From: Anthoceros angustus
Lineage: Eukaryota; Plantae; Anthocerotophyta
Assembly (NCBI GenBank): GCA_010909165.1
Contig: MU008165.1
Coordinates: forward strand, 1,302,001 to 1,366,000
Reading direction: 5' to 3'
Length of the DNA stretch: 64,000 bases
Positions 51,323 through 62,859 of this stretch are shown here, one piece after another (the stretch's first letter is position 1; each line of letters opens with the position of its first letter). The translations under genes and the position numbers were made by a program. Under the pieces are notes generated by a model. That model was not told where the DNA came from and did not search any database. It was given only the letters and a program-made list of their open reading frames with translations.

Positions 51323-52039
51323 CTCTGCGCACCGAATGACAGCATGCAAGCAGAGAATCCTTCAGCACAGCAATCCGACGTCGTCCAGAAAAATAGACCT
51401 GCAGGCGCTAGGAGATCCTGCAGGCATCGCAAACGTTTTAACCAGTTGCACGCAAGGGGAAATGCGATTGTGATGAGATACCGGCTGGTCAGCGACTTCA
51501 CTAGGGGTGGGACTCGGAATAACACAGGGCGCCAATTTGGAGAGGATGCTAGGCGGGGGCGATGGCGAGAAATCGCGAGCGGCGTGACACATTCGGAAGC
51601 GGAGCGTGGAGGCCGTCGGAAGGGGAATTTCAATATAAATTGCAGGGTGAATTGGCGGGCAGGCTCCGGAGAGTACGCGTGCATGCAAGTGTGACCAGGG
51701 GGAGGTAGATACCTTGGAGGATGGTTGCCAGTGCACGATCGAAATGCTAACGGTTCTGGCCGCGGGCCCGCCGTTGTTGCTCAGGTGTCCAAGGGTTCCA
51801 GCAGCGGCAAGGCAGGGACGGCTGGAATCTCCATGAATCTCAGTGGCAGGGACATTGAATCTTGAGAAATCTTGGTAGTGTGCTGGGAACAAGAGTCGGA
51901 GGTGCTGTAGCTTTCTCCAAATAGCAGACCAAACCGCCCGTGCTTGCGTCACGCTGCCGTGTATCACAGTGTCCCTGCCACTCCCAACTCTGCACTTGGC
52001 CCTCCCTTGCCTGCAGCGATAGCGTTCTCAGTAAACGGT

Positions 52040-54635
52040 GTTTCCTCCGCATGTCCACATAGTTGCCACCTATGTGAACAACTATGCCTAATGCAGCAAA
52101 GAGGGCTATTGAACACCCGGAGAAAGACCTGAGTCATGTTGAAACCAGTAATGTAGATCAGTGTCCGGTAAGAAAGAGTAATGTACATCAGAAGTTAACT
52201 CAGATCCAAACATAAGGCCTTGTTTGCACATTGGATCTGAGGAAGCAATCTCAAGCGAGTGACCAGGCTGTCATTACCGAGAAAGAATGAAACAGTGTGG
52301 GAAGACTTTGCTGAAATGGCTTAAACTACGCATGGCCTGCGGTCATCCTTGTAAAATGTGCAGTGAAAATCATCTCAACCTTTCCATCAACTTTACAACC
52401 TGTGGAACAAAGACCGTTAGCTGATATGACTAGACACCTGGACACGTGAACGGGGTTCCAGGGAAGGACTGTACTTGATCAGAGCTTTGAACATATGAGC
52501 CTTCGACAGCTTTCAGATATTTTGCCGATGAACGCCTCCCACTGATCTGGTAAGGAAAAAAAACAGATCAGCGTCACGTTTCCCGACGTCAAGCTGCACA
52601 CAAATTATCTCACTATGGTTGAGGGTTAACCTTATCAAACTTCTTCAAAATTTTGCCGAAGGCTACAATGTTGAGAGAGCTGCAACAAGGAGCAAGATGG
52701 TCGAATGAAACAACATGACATCTGCAAAACCCAAAGCACTTGGAGAAACGAGAGCATGCGAGAAAATGAACCTGAAGCCCTTACAAGGTGAGCCCCGGTA
52801 GAACTCGATGAAAGCTGTGCGGAAGCATCTTCTCGCGTATTGCACCTTCTTCCTGCTCACTGTCATGTCATCCTTGCTTTTGCTGTCAGATCCTCTACTG
52901 TCGGATCCTCGCTGCCGAAAATCCTCCCAAAATATTTGGAGAGGGCAGAGATGGTGGCCCTGGGTGTGGTGCGAGGAATTGACATTTTCATTTGATTGGA
53001 AGGCGAAGACGCCTTTGCAAGAGGTCGTTCAAACTGGAAGATTGTTTGCCATTGATACTGCGCTTTCCTGCGCGCCCTCAGGTGGCTTGGACGTATCCGA
53101 GTCGGGCAGTGGAAGGCTCTCGGATTCCGCAATGGAGGTAACGGGGGACTAAAAGCAACTTTTCCTGCGCTCATTTCTTGAAGGCGCCTTCTTCCTCTGC
53201 TGAGTCTGAGGCAAACAGTGGAGCGGGCAGAGTGATGACATCTCGGTAAGCAAACGATTTATTGCTCCAGATTTTGAGACATCAATCCACTCACCAGAGT
53301 TGGACTCCCTGAATCCCTCTTGAGGGACTGGCTGGCCCCGAGAACGATTCTGTTCAAGAACGGCCTGCATTTCAACCAGAGCTTGCATCTGCCTGTCCAG
53401 CATCTGCGCACGGTTGATGTATTCCGCTTCCTTGACATGATAGAAGTCATTGACCTGTTGAGCTGCTCATCAAGCTTGGCGAAGAAAACTCTCTCTTGCT
53501 CGGTCGGTGAAGCGGAGTCCTGCAACTGCGTCTCGAACACTTCGCTGCCATCGAGAAGCTTCTGGTGATTCACCTGCCAGCAATGCGGAAATCCAACATT
53601 CAGCGAATTGCGCAAACTCAAGAAACCGGGGTCCAAGAAACTGTCGAAGGTACAGACAGGAGAAAAAGGCGAAACATCCCTTTACCCGAATGAAATCCCC
53701 GTGCTGCAACTGATAGCTCCTCCTGCGCGTGAGGCCCAACGTTAAGCGCGGATGGAGACTCGAAGCTGAGGCGCCTGACCAATCCCGTGGACTCCCGGCC
53801 GGACTTGCTCTCATGAGCAGCAACTGCTTCTTGATCTGGTTGGCCGCCTTCTTGAGCTGCTTGAAGTTGCAGGCGCCCCTCCACTCGGGGACCGCTTCCA
53901 TTTCCAGCTGCTTGGCAAACTTGACCATCTCTGCGCACCGAATGACAGCATGCAAGCAGAGAATCCTTCAGCACAGCAATCCGACGTCGTCCAGAAAATA
54001 GACCTGCAGGCGCTAGGAGATCCTGCAGGCATCGCAAACGTTTTAACCAGTTGCACGCAAGGGAAATGCGATTGTGATGAGATACCGGCTGGTCAGCGAC
54101 TTCACTAGGTGGGACTCGGAATAACACAGGGCGCCAATTTGAGAGGATGCCAGGCGGGGGCGATGGCGAGAAATCGCGAGCGGCGTGACACATCTGGAAG
54201 CGGAGCGTGGAGGCTGTCGAAGGGAATTTCATAAATTGCAGGGTGAATTGGCGCAGGCTCCTGGAGAGTACGCGTGCATGCAAGTGACCAGGGGGAGGTA
54301 GATACCTTGGAGGATGGTTGCCAGTGCACGATCGAAATGCTAACGGTTCTGGCCGCGGGCCCGCCGTTGTTGCTCAGGTGTCCAAGGGTTCCAGCAGCGG
54401 CAAGGCAGGGACGGCTGGAATCTCCATGAATCTCAGTGGCAGGGACATTGAATCTTGAGAAATCTTGGTAGTGTGCTGGGAACAAGAGTCGGAGGTGCTG
54501 TAGCTTTCTCCAAATAGCAGACCAAACCGCCCGTGCTTGCGTCACGCTGCCGTGTATCACAGTGTCCCTGCCACTCCCAACTCTGCACTTGGCCCCTCCC
54601 TTGCCTGCAGCGATAGCGTTCTCAGTAAACGGTGT
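52040..54635 (-). pseudogene. Direct tandem duplicate of 49397-52040 (PHO1 5' half and upstream region), indel-rich and 3'-truncated
   Basis: Near-identical sequence with many 1-3-nt deletions, mostly in homopolymers, and about 50 nt shorter. The ATG equivalent is at 53928; the copy breaks off in the GGNYVD exon. Confidence 0.9.
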
Positions 54636-55401
54636 GGCCAGGCAAGGCACGTCAGTTTGGTGTGCCGTGGTGTTTCAGGTCGGTAACTTTGGTGACCGAC
54701 CTAACTCCAAACAGACCCGGACACGTTTATGTACATACTAGGGGGGGGGGCCTCAAATTTAATCCGAGTTAGCGTTTTCTCCTCTCTCCCAGCCGCATGC
54801 GTTCAGTTTAGGCACTCGGGCGCTTGTGACTCGAGGTAACTAGGGAGGCAGGTCCACCGGAGTCGAGTTTCGGCGCTCTGAGGCGCGTGGGATATGTCAG
54901 GGTTCCGCTTTCGGGGCTATTCGTCAATCCTCAATCCTTATGCGCAGCGATCGCTCTCTCGGTTAACCGACCGAAAGGCAAAGGCAAAGGCAAAGGAAAA
55001 GGAAAAGGCAAAGGCACGTCCGTTCAGTGACCGACCGACCCAACTCCAAACGCACTGAGACGTTTTATCTATTGGATATGGCGATAACGATTCGGCCTTG
55101 TAGTACCTATCTCGGGTGGTAGTAAGCATAATAGTTACATTTGGGTGTTGTGGAAGTGTCAACTCGTTATCGAGCCACATGGCTCTCCACGGTCTCCACC
55201 TCTACAACCTAGCGTAATATATCTTGGCTTCGAGTGTGCTGGTGGTACGGTAGGTATGGTTGGAAAAAACAGTTGGTATTGTCGGAGGATCAAATAACAA
55301 ATTACATATTCCGAAATATCATTTGCCTGGGCCTGGCTATTGTGAACTTCTCTGAGTTGTAATGTGCTTTGCTGACTCAAAACCCGGAATATAACAGCTA
55401 G

Positions 55402-55504
55402 GAAGGACACTGCCCTCGCTCTCGGCACTAAGCAAAAACCTGAGATTGTCATTGAAGGACACTGCCCTGGCTCTCAGCACTAAGCAAAAACATGAGATTG
55501 TCAT
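55402..55504. repeat. 52-bp tandem duplication
   Basis: gaaggacactgccct.gctctc.gcactaagcaaaaac.tgagattgtcat occurs twice. Confidence 0.85.
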
Positions 55505-56079
55505 CCGCTCAGGAGGCTAGCCTAGCCACAAACTAGGTCTCATGAGAAAAGAAAACGTATCTGAGCCGTCCAGATGGGAATTTGCCCGTTGTGCCTGCAT
55601 CAAGCCGGGATTGTCCATCCTGTGATATCACAAGTGATGTGTGCACTCTGCTGGAAGTCAGACCTCACGATTTTGTCGTATCTTTCCCGGCACCTATACA
55701 ACCAATACGTATTGTTCAACATCTTGTTGTTCAAAGTGCAAGGGCTGAGCTAAGTCTGGAGCTCGTATGAAGTGTGTCAAGCGTGAGGTGTGCCAGTAGA
55801 GGCGAGGTTAGAGGGTCGCTCCTCGCCCATATCTTGTCCATGCATAAGCCATGCCTCCACCGCGAGGTGTCATCGGCAACGGGCAATACATCGGGTAACT
55901 TAGAGTTTCACCGGGTACCTCGAAGTTCACAGTTGACTCGAAGTGAATTACAATATTTATAACAACTCAGATTGATTATAGTTGAAGTTAAATTATTGTT
56001 AAGTAATTATGGTATTAACATATTTCTCTAATTAGTTGAAGTTGAATGCGAGACAAGCTAGATGAAAAAATTTCCTAAC

Positions 56080-56800
56080 TATGTGTGATGTAACTCTCAA
56101 CTGTAATCCGGGAAAGAAAACAATGGTTGCCGATGCGCTGAGTCGCAAAGAGACTCAAGAAGTAAAGACCATTATGGCAATGTTTATTGAACCTGTGGAC
56201 ACTCACGACCAGATAAGAGAACTTTATCTATAGGATCTTAATGTTCAGGACTGGACCAATGAAATTGAGCAAAAAGGAAGCAAATTCAAGCTGAGGGATA
56301 GTTAAATTGTTGATATACAAACAGAGGAGGCTTGTGATCCCAAATTCTTCAGAGTTGAAGAGGAAATTGCTGAATGTCATGATGTGCTAAGTGCAAGTCA
56401 TCGTGGAATAGACCCCACTTACGAGAAGGTAAGGAAGTTGTTTTATTGGCCGAAAATGTATCAGTATACATTGAACTATGTCAAGGCATGTGCTGATTGT
56501 CAGCAAAACAAGGTGGAGCAAGCTAACCCGAGAGGTTTATTGCAGCCCCTACCTATTCCAAATGGGCCATGGAAGAGCATCTCCATGGATTTCATTATGC
56601 CCTTGCCGCCTAGGAATGGATATATAGCTATCATGTCAATGGTGGATAAACTCACGAAAAAGTATATTTCATTCCTGTGAAGAAGGAGTGACAGCTTCTG
56701 AAAAGGGCCCACTTGTTCAAGAAGTATGAATACAAGTACTATGGCTTGCCAATGCAGATTGTGAGTGATAGGATAATCATGCTTAATTGATCGTTGTAAT
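56080..56800 (+). mobile_element. Ty3/gypsy pol remnant (RNase H end, H2C2 zinc finger, integrase start)
   Basis: PGK..VADALSR, H....HRGIDPTYEKVRKLFYWPKM...VKACADCQQNK and GLLQPLPIPNGPWKSISMDFIMPLP...VDKLTK are present, with stops and frameshifts. Confidence 0.82.
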
Positions 56801-57565
56801 ATACATAGTAACATACTCCAGGCGCTTTACACGAAAGTATTGTATTCCTGTTGTTATGTATGTTGTTAATGCATACCAGCATGTTGACATGTTGACCCGC
56901 GTGGCACAAAAGGTAATCTGGCACTTTGACGTGGTGGGGCAGGGCGGGTGATGTGGCATGTTAATGTGGCACCAAACCTACTGCCGAACATAATTTACAA
57001 CAACGGGTGGCTAAAGTGGCATAAGTATTATCCTATTTACAACTTCAACTTCAACTATAATAGGCGGATTCACAAGAAGTTTGTAAATAACATTATAAAT
57101 TCCATTGTAATATTCGTTGTAAAAACACTCGTATTCTTGTAGCTATCTAGCTAGTCCTTACGGACTCACGAGACTACTTCCACAGTTTCTTCTCTTCTTA
57201 TACGTCAAAAATAATGTAGGATCATCTCGCCCGGGAACTGAGGAGGTATCGTGCATGCACGTACTAGGCTTAAATCTCAAAGACAAGCCTTGCTGGGGGT
57301 GCCAAGCTGTAGAATAGGGGTCTACTCTTGGAGGTAAGTTGCTCTCGAAGCTTCACCTAGACAAAAAAGCACAAAGCCTACTCACAATGTTACCGGTGAC
57401 ATACACTCATACCACGCTTTGAGCATGCTTTCCTTCACTTGTCGTGCCATTGCTGCCTAGTGTCGAAAGTGGTCTAGCTGTCACTGCATACCAACTATTC
57501 ACACTAAAAACAATAACTGTTAGTAGACTAGGTGCTGCTCGCTAACACTCCTCGCTGCATTTGTC

Positions 57566-59000
57566 AGCTATAGTCGCACATCTTGCGCACACCACCTCCG
57601 TCGATCGAACGTCTCCAACCAGCCACACGCAGCGTGTAGATGTCAACCAGGAATTATCTAATGTGAGGGGCACAACCAAGCCTCTTTATACAATGGCTGG
57701 GGGAATCATAGCCCACCAGAATTTCCATGTCCTAAAAACGGCGGAACGCGAAGAGGCGCCCCTACAATTTCGGACGGCCTTAGGTCCACGATGGCATCCT
57801 ATCCTAAGTTCTATTCCTAGGATGCCACTACTCCCTGCCTACATTATCTCCGCGCCGTCCTTCGATTTGGTCGCATCCGTCCTCTGCTGCCGACTCTATG
57901 GCCCCTCCTTCCTCGTCGCTGCGCCCATACACCTCCCTGACCAACTCCACATCCCAATCCTGTGGCCTCGCCCTGATTCCTTCCCCTTGTGACTTAGCTT
58001 TCAGCTGGCGAGCACACTCCTGCACCAGACTTGGGCTTACATAGTTCCACCGTTTCTCCATGAACCCAAGTCCCAGCTCCCTCACCAATTCTCCAGCTTG
58101 GACCCTCCAATGGTCCATATTGGGCCATTGGGTAGTCGAAATATCCGCTGCGGCCTTGGGCGCCATGATCCTTCAAAAACCCCACAGCCCAAAGCGCCTC
58201 GAACTGCTGATAGCTTGCCTTAGCTACTCCCAACTCTCCCCACACTTTTCTATAAACGCGTGTATTAACAGTTTTAGACCACAACTAAAGAGCTTAGTTT
58301 GATGTTTTCCCATAGAACCCTAGTTGAAGGGGAGTATGAACCTGCATAACATCGGCATGAATGGTCCACCACATGGGTCCGATTATAAGGGAAAGGGTAA
58401 AGTTCTGGACTGCCGAAACCCTTGACGTGCGTCTGACAATCGGCAACACAATACAACCAATGGTGGGATACCATGTTTTGGTGCTACATTTCATGGGAAT
58501 GCCCATAGACGCATGTTTTACACCCATGTGGAACCCTCTTCGGAGGATAAAAGGCACTCAACCCCCAACCGGTATATTCACCCCCTTGCAAAATTATCGT
58601 GTTGGAAGAGGGGCCTCATATTTGGCAGAGGTAATCAAGTCCATAGGCTAGTTGTCGAACCAACAAAGTGGTGGTTGAATTGGTGTGGTTGACCTGGGTG
58701 TGAGCTATGTTCAAGTGAGAAGAACCGGAAGGCGGTCGAGGAGGAAGACGTAGCGGAAGCGCTGGGTCAGAGTTCCAGGGGAAATATAACCCTAAGGGGA
58801 CTCGGAAGGGCTAAAGGCGCATGCAAAGAAGGCGCGAATGGCAACAAGCGATGTCGAGGAATCACAAGAGTGAGGCAGCTGGAGTGGAGCCAGGCGTACG
58901 AGCTGAGGGCGAAGAGGAGCGCTGTGACCAGAAGGGAGGCACTAGGCAGCGGGCGGGGTATCTCCACCATTCTCGGGATGTGGCACGAGCTCGACGAGGT
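57566..59000 (-). mobile_element. Degenerate LINE (L1-like) ORF2 fragment, RT C-terminal part to zf-RVT-like region
   Basis: Minus-strand fragments resemble the post-RT region (MGIPMKCSTKTWYPTI) and zf-RVT (RTWKFWWAM...TRCVWLVGDVRSTEVVCARC). Heavily frameshifted and assigned by pattern only. Confidence 0.45.
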
Positions 59001-59009
59001 CAGTGAAGG

Positions 59010-59380
59010 GTGGTGCCCGGGCGGGGAAGCTCGCGAGTCTGGGAAGGTAGAAACCCTGGAGGGAGGCTCACCCAGCATACGAAAGAGGAGGTAGCGGAGC
59101 TTGAAGTTGTCAATCCGCCGGGTATGGAGTCCCAACCGACAAGAGGGACTATGGGTTTGAGAAGTTTACCAATAAGGTCGGAATCGACCATCGTCAGGGC
59201 TGAAAACGGGGAGGAAACATTGCGAGATAAGATCTCCAGTTTCGCTGATGCATTGCTTGACCGGGAATTTGTGGTCAGCTCGAGACAGTTGCTTGCGGTG
59301 AGTCCAAGATCCCGCAAAATTGTGAAGGAAGCGATCAGGGGAATCCCTGAACCCGCGGGAACGAGAAGGAGGCCGGTGGA
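59010..59380 (+). mobile_element. Gypsy gag/protease-linker-like fragment
   Basis: FADALLDREFVVSSRQLLAVSPRSRKIVKEAI resembles the LLAxSPxxRxxxKE segment preceding gypsy proteases. Confidence 0.35.
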
Positions 59381-59750
59381 GGTAAATGTGGTATTTTATA
59401 CCACTTTGCAAATTCACACATTCACACTGAATAAAGAGACCAACTACCAGTTGCTGCCTTACTGGTACATCCAGATAGCTTCATTGTTGCCTAAGCTTCT
59501 ATTACTGTCACAAACACCAGTGCCCTCCATATGAGCTCGATGTTCTTGCTGCCAACCCATCTTGTAGTAACTTTGCTCTAATATATATTACTTCTGCCAC
59601 ATGTATAGGAAAACATATAAAACATACCCTTTGTCCGGTGCTTCTACGGGAGGTCCTCCAACCTCTACTACCAGCACAAGAACGTCTCTTCGTGTTTCGC
59701 TGCCCGCCTTGAATCGCCATTGTGGGAGCAAGACCCGCTAGGCGGTGCTC
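59380..59750 (-). mobile_element. Possible SWIM-finger (MULE-like) transposase remnant, duplicated at ~62490-62850
   Basis: VVGLFIQCECVNLQSGIKYHIYL resembles a degenerate SWIM CxC..CxH motif. Confidence 0.3.
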
Positions 59751-59921
59751 TTCGCTATTGCTCACTATAGGGCCTGCCTAGGGCCCTGCCTAGGCCGCCC
59801 TCTCCGCTGATTGTGTCTTCCTTCATGCACGATGGCATCTCGGGCCTGGGACAAAGTCAAGGAGGCCTTTGAGATATTCTCTTCGAGCTTTCGTTGGTGG
59901 GCTTGAAGGTCAAGATGTCAA

Positions 59922-61290
59922 TTTATAGTCGCACATCTTGCGCACACCACCTCCGCCGATCGAACGCTCCAACCACACACGCAATGCGGTAGAGATGTCA
60001 ACCAGAATTATCTAATGAGGGGCACAACCAAGCCTCTTTATACAATGGTCAGTAATCATAGCCCACCGTTTCCATGTCCTAAAACGGGAACGCGCCAAGA
60101 GGCGCCTACAATTTCTGGACGGCCTTTTAGGTCCACGATGGCATCCTATCCTAAGTTCCCATTCCTAGGATGCCACTACTCCCCGCCTACATTATCTCCG
60201 CTCCGCCCTTCGACTTGGTCGATCCGGCCCCTCCTCCCGCCGACGGCGGCCCCTTCCTCGCCGCGCCCATACACCTCCCCGACCAACCCCACATCCCAAC
60301 TCGTGGCCTCGCCTACCTTCCTTCCCTGTGACTTAGCCACCGGGCGAGCACACTCGCACTGACTTGGGCTTACATAGTTCCACCGCTTCCATGAACCCAA
60401 GTCCCAGCCTCCCTCACCACCTCCGGGCCTGACCCTCCAATGGTCCATATTGGGCCATTGTAGTCGAATATCAAGGGCCTTGGGCGCATGATCCTTCAAA
60501 ACCCCATTGCCCCAAAGCGCCGAATCGCCGATAGCTTGGGCTACTCCCAACTCTCCCACACTTTTCTATAAACGCGTGTATTAACAGTTTTAGACCACAA
60601 CTAAAGAGCTTAGTTTGATGTTTTCCCATAGAACCCTAGTTGAAGGGGAGTATGAACCTGCATAACATCGCATGAATGGTCCACCACATGGGTCCGATTA
60701 TAAGGGAAAGGGTAAAGTTCTCGACCGGCACAAACCCTCGACGCCCCATAATCAACACAATACAACCAATGGTGGGATACCATGTTTTGGTTACATTTCA
60801 TGGGAATGCCTATGAGACGATGTTTTACACCCATGTGGAACCCTCTCGAGGATAAAGGCACTCAACCCCAACCTAGATATTCACCCCTTGCAAAATTATC
60901 GTTTGGAAGAGGGGCCTCATATTTGGCGTAGGTAATCAAGTCCAGGTTAGTTGTCAACCAATGGCGTAGTTGAATTGGTGTGGTTATCGACCTGGGTGTG
61001 AGCTATGTTCAAGGCGGTGAGAAGAACCGGAAGGCGGTCGAGGAGGAAGACGGAAGGAAGCGGCCATGGGCCATGAGTTCCGTGGGAAATATAACCCTAA
61101 GGGGACTCGGAAGGGCTAAAGGCGCATGCAAAGAAGGCGCGAATGGCAAGCCTGCTGGTGTCGAGGAATCACAAGAGTGAGGCAAACTGGAGTGGAGCCA
61201 GCGACGAGCCGAGGGGCGAAGAGGAGCGCCGTGACCAAGGGAGGCACTAGGCAGCGGCGGGGTATCTCCACCATTCTCGGGATGTGGCAC
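59922..61290 (-). repeat. Indel-rich duplicate of the LINE-like segment 57568-58990
   Basis: Colinear match from tatagtcgcacatcttgcgcacaccacctcc to ctcgggatgtggcacgagc. Confidence 0.9.
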
Positions 61291-61312
61291 GAGCAAGACA
61301 GGGAAGGGGCCA

Positions 61313-62443
61313 GGCGGCGGAGTTTGTGGTGTCTTGGTTTTGATGCCGCTTCATCTGCTGCCTTTGGCTTGCTCGCCAACCGGTTTGTCAGTGTAGTGGT
61401 TTGAAAGGGATATGGCCTAATTGTGGTGCGTGCTGGCAGGTCCTTGCACAAGATGCAGAGCTTTTTGAAAGTGGTCAGGTCGAGTGGTTCGGTTGTTAGG
61501 GGAGGCGTTCTTCAGCATGTTCGTGTAGGAGGAGCGAGAGCAGCGTCTTTCTTGAAAGAGCCTTTCGAGGCCGGGTCTTCCGAGACTGCTCCCGCTCCCC
61601 TCGAGGAGCATGGCTTTGAGTCTACTACTATAGCAGATCTGTTGAAAAGTAAGGGGAAGGCTGACGGATCTTGGCTTTTCTGCACCACGGATGACACTGT
61701 GTATGACGCCGTGAAATCTGTAAGCACCGACTGGTTTCGTTTTCTTTCTTGGCAATCAACTTGTCCAGCAATACTAACCTTGGCTCTTTCGTGGCCAGAT
61801 GACCTCCAACAATGTGGGAGCGCTTCTAGTGGTGCGCCCTGGGAATCGTCCTCCATCGCTGGCATTATCACGGAGAGAGGTAGGATGGCAGGTGCAGTGT
61901 AGGACAGGTGGAGTCATACCTGTCAAGGAAGTGGCACCAGTGTCTTGTTTCTGCGGGTGCAGTAATCCCTGTTGCATAATGTTGTGCCCCACTGACCCTG
62001 AGCTGGATGGGAACTGCCAGATTACCTGAGAAAGATCATTGTACAGGAAGATCGTCGAAGTCGACCAAAGTTGGTGATATCATGACTGAGGAGGTTAGTT
62101 GCCCACCCAGCTTTCCCTGGGTATGCTTTTACGCAGAACCTGGCCGCGAAAGAGGAGCTGGCTGCGTTCTTACTGACATGGGAGTCACACTCCCGTCGTG
62201 TCTGTTGTCTCAGAACAAGCTGATAACGGTCAGCCTGAGCATGAAGCTTTGCAAGCAATGGAGCTGATGACGGGTGAGTAACGCTCTTCCGTGCTGAGCT
62301 AGCCTCCTTGTGTGTCATCCCGGTCCTCACATTGTACTCCTCCCCGACGACAGATAAGCGAATCAGACACATCCCTGTGGTCGAGAACAAGCAGATGAAG
62401 GGCATGGTTTCCATTGGGGATGTCATTCGAGCCATAGTGAAGG
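61313..62443 (+). pseudogene. Second, frameshifted and 3'-truncated copy of CBSX3 (copy of 41452-42600)
   Basis: Includes the 5'UTR, ATG at 61453 and introns. Single-base losses occur in exons 2-4 (e.g. gtacaggaag vs gtacagggaag). It switches to TE sequence at gtgaaggaa. Confidence 0.9.
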
Positions 62444-62859
62444 AAGCGATCGGGAACTCTCAACCCGCTGGAACTAGAAGGAGGCTGGAGGTAAATGTGG
62501 TATTTTATACCACTTTGCAAATTCACACATTCACACCGAATAAAGAGACCAACTACCGCTATCGTACATCCAGATAGCTTCATTGTTGCCTAAGCTTCTA
62601 TTATCACAAACACCAAGGTTCTCCATATGAGCTCGATGTTCTGCCGCCAACCCATCTTGTAGTAACTTTGCTCTAATATATATTACCGCCACATGTATAG
62701 GAAAACATATAAAACATACCCTTTGTCCGGCAGTTTACTGGAGGTCCTCCAACCTCTACTACCAAGACAAGAACGTCTCTTCGTGTTTCGCTGCCCGCCT
62801 TTGGCTTGCTCGCCAACCGGTTTGTCAGTGTAGGCGACCGCTAGGCGGTGCTCTTCGCT

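Noticed and set aside
51322-55400. P1BS (GNATATNC) phosphate-starvation element upstream of PHO1
   Set aside because: Only near-matches (e.g. ggatatgt, ggatatgg) were found by eye; no exact site.
59761-59772. T7-promoter-like ctcactataggg (vector contamination)
   Set aside because: Only the 3' 12 nt match, TAATACGA is absent, no other vector sequence is present, and the sister copy at ~62864 differs.
61313-62577. Functional CBSX3 paralogue or CBS-TE fusion protein
   Set aside because: It has multiple single-base frameshifts upstream of the fusion point and an error pattern typical of unpolished reads.
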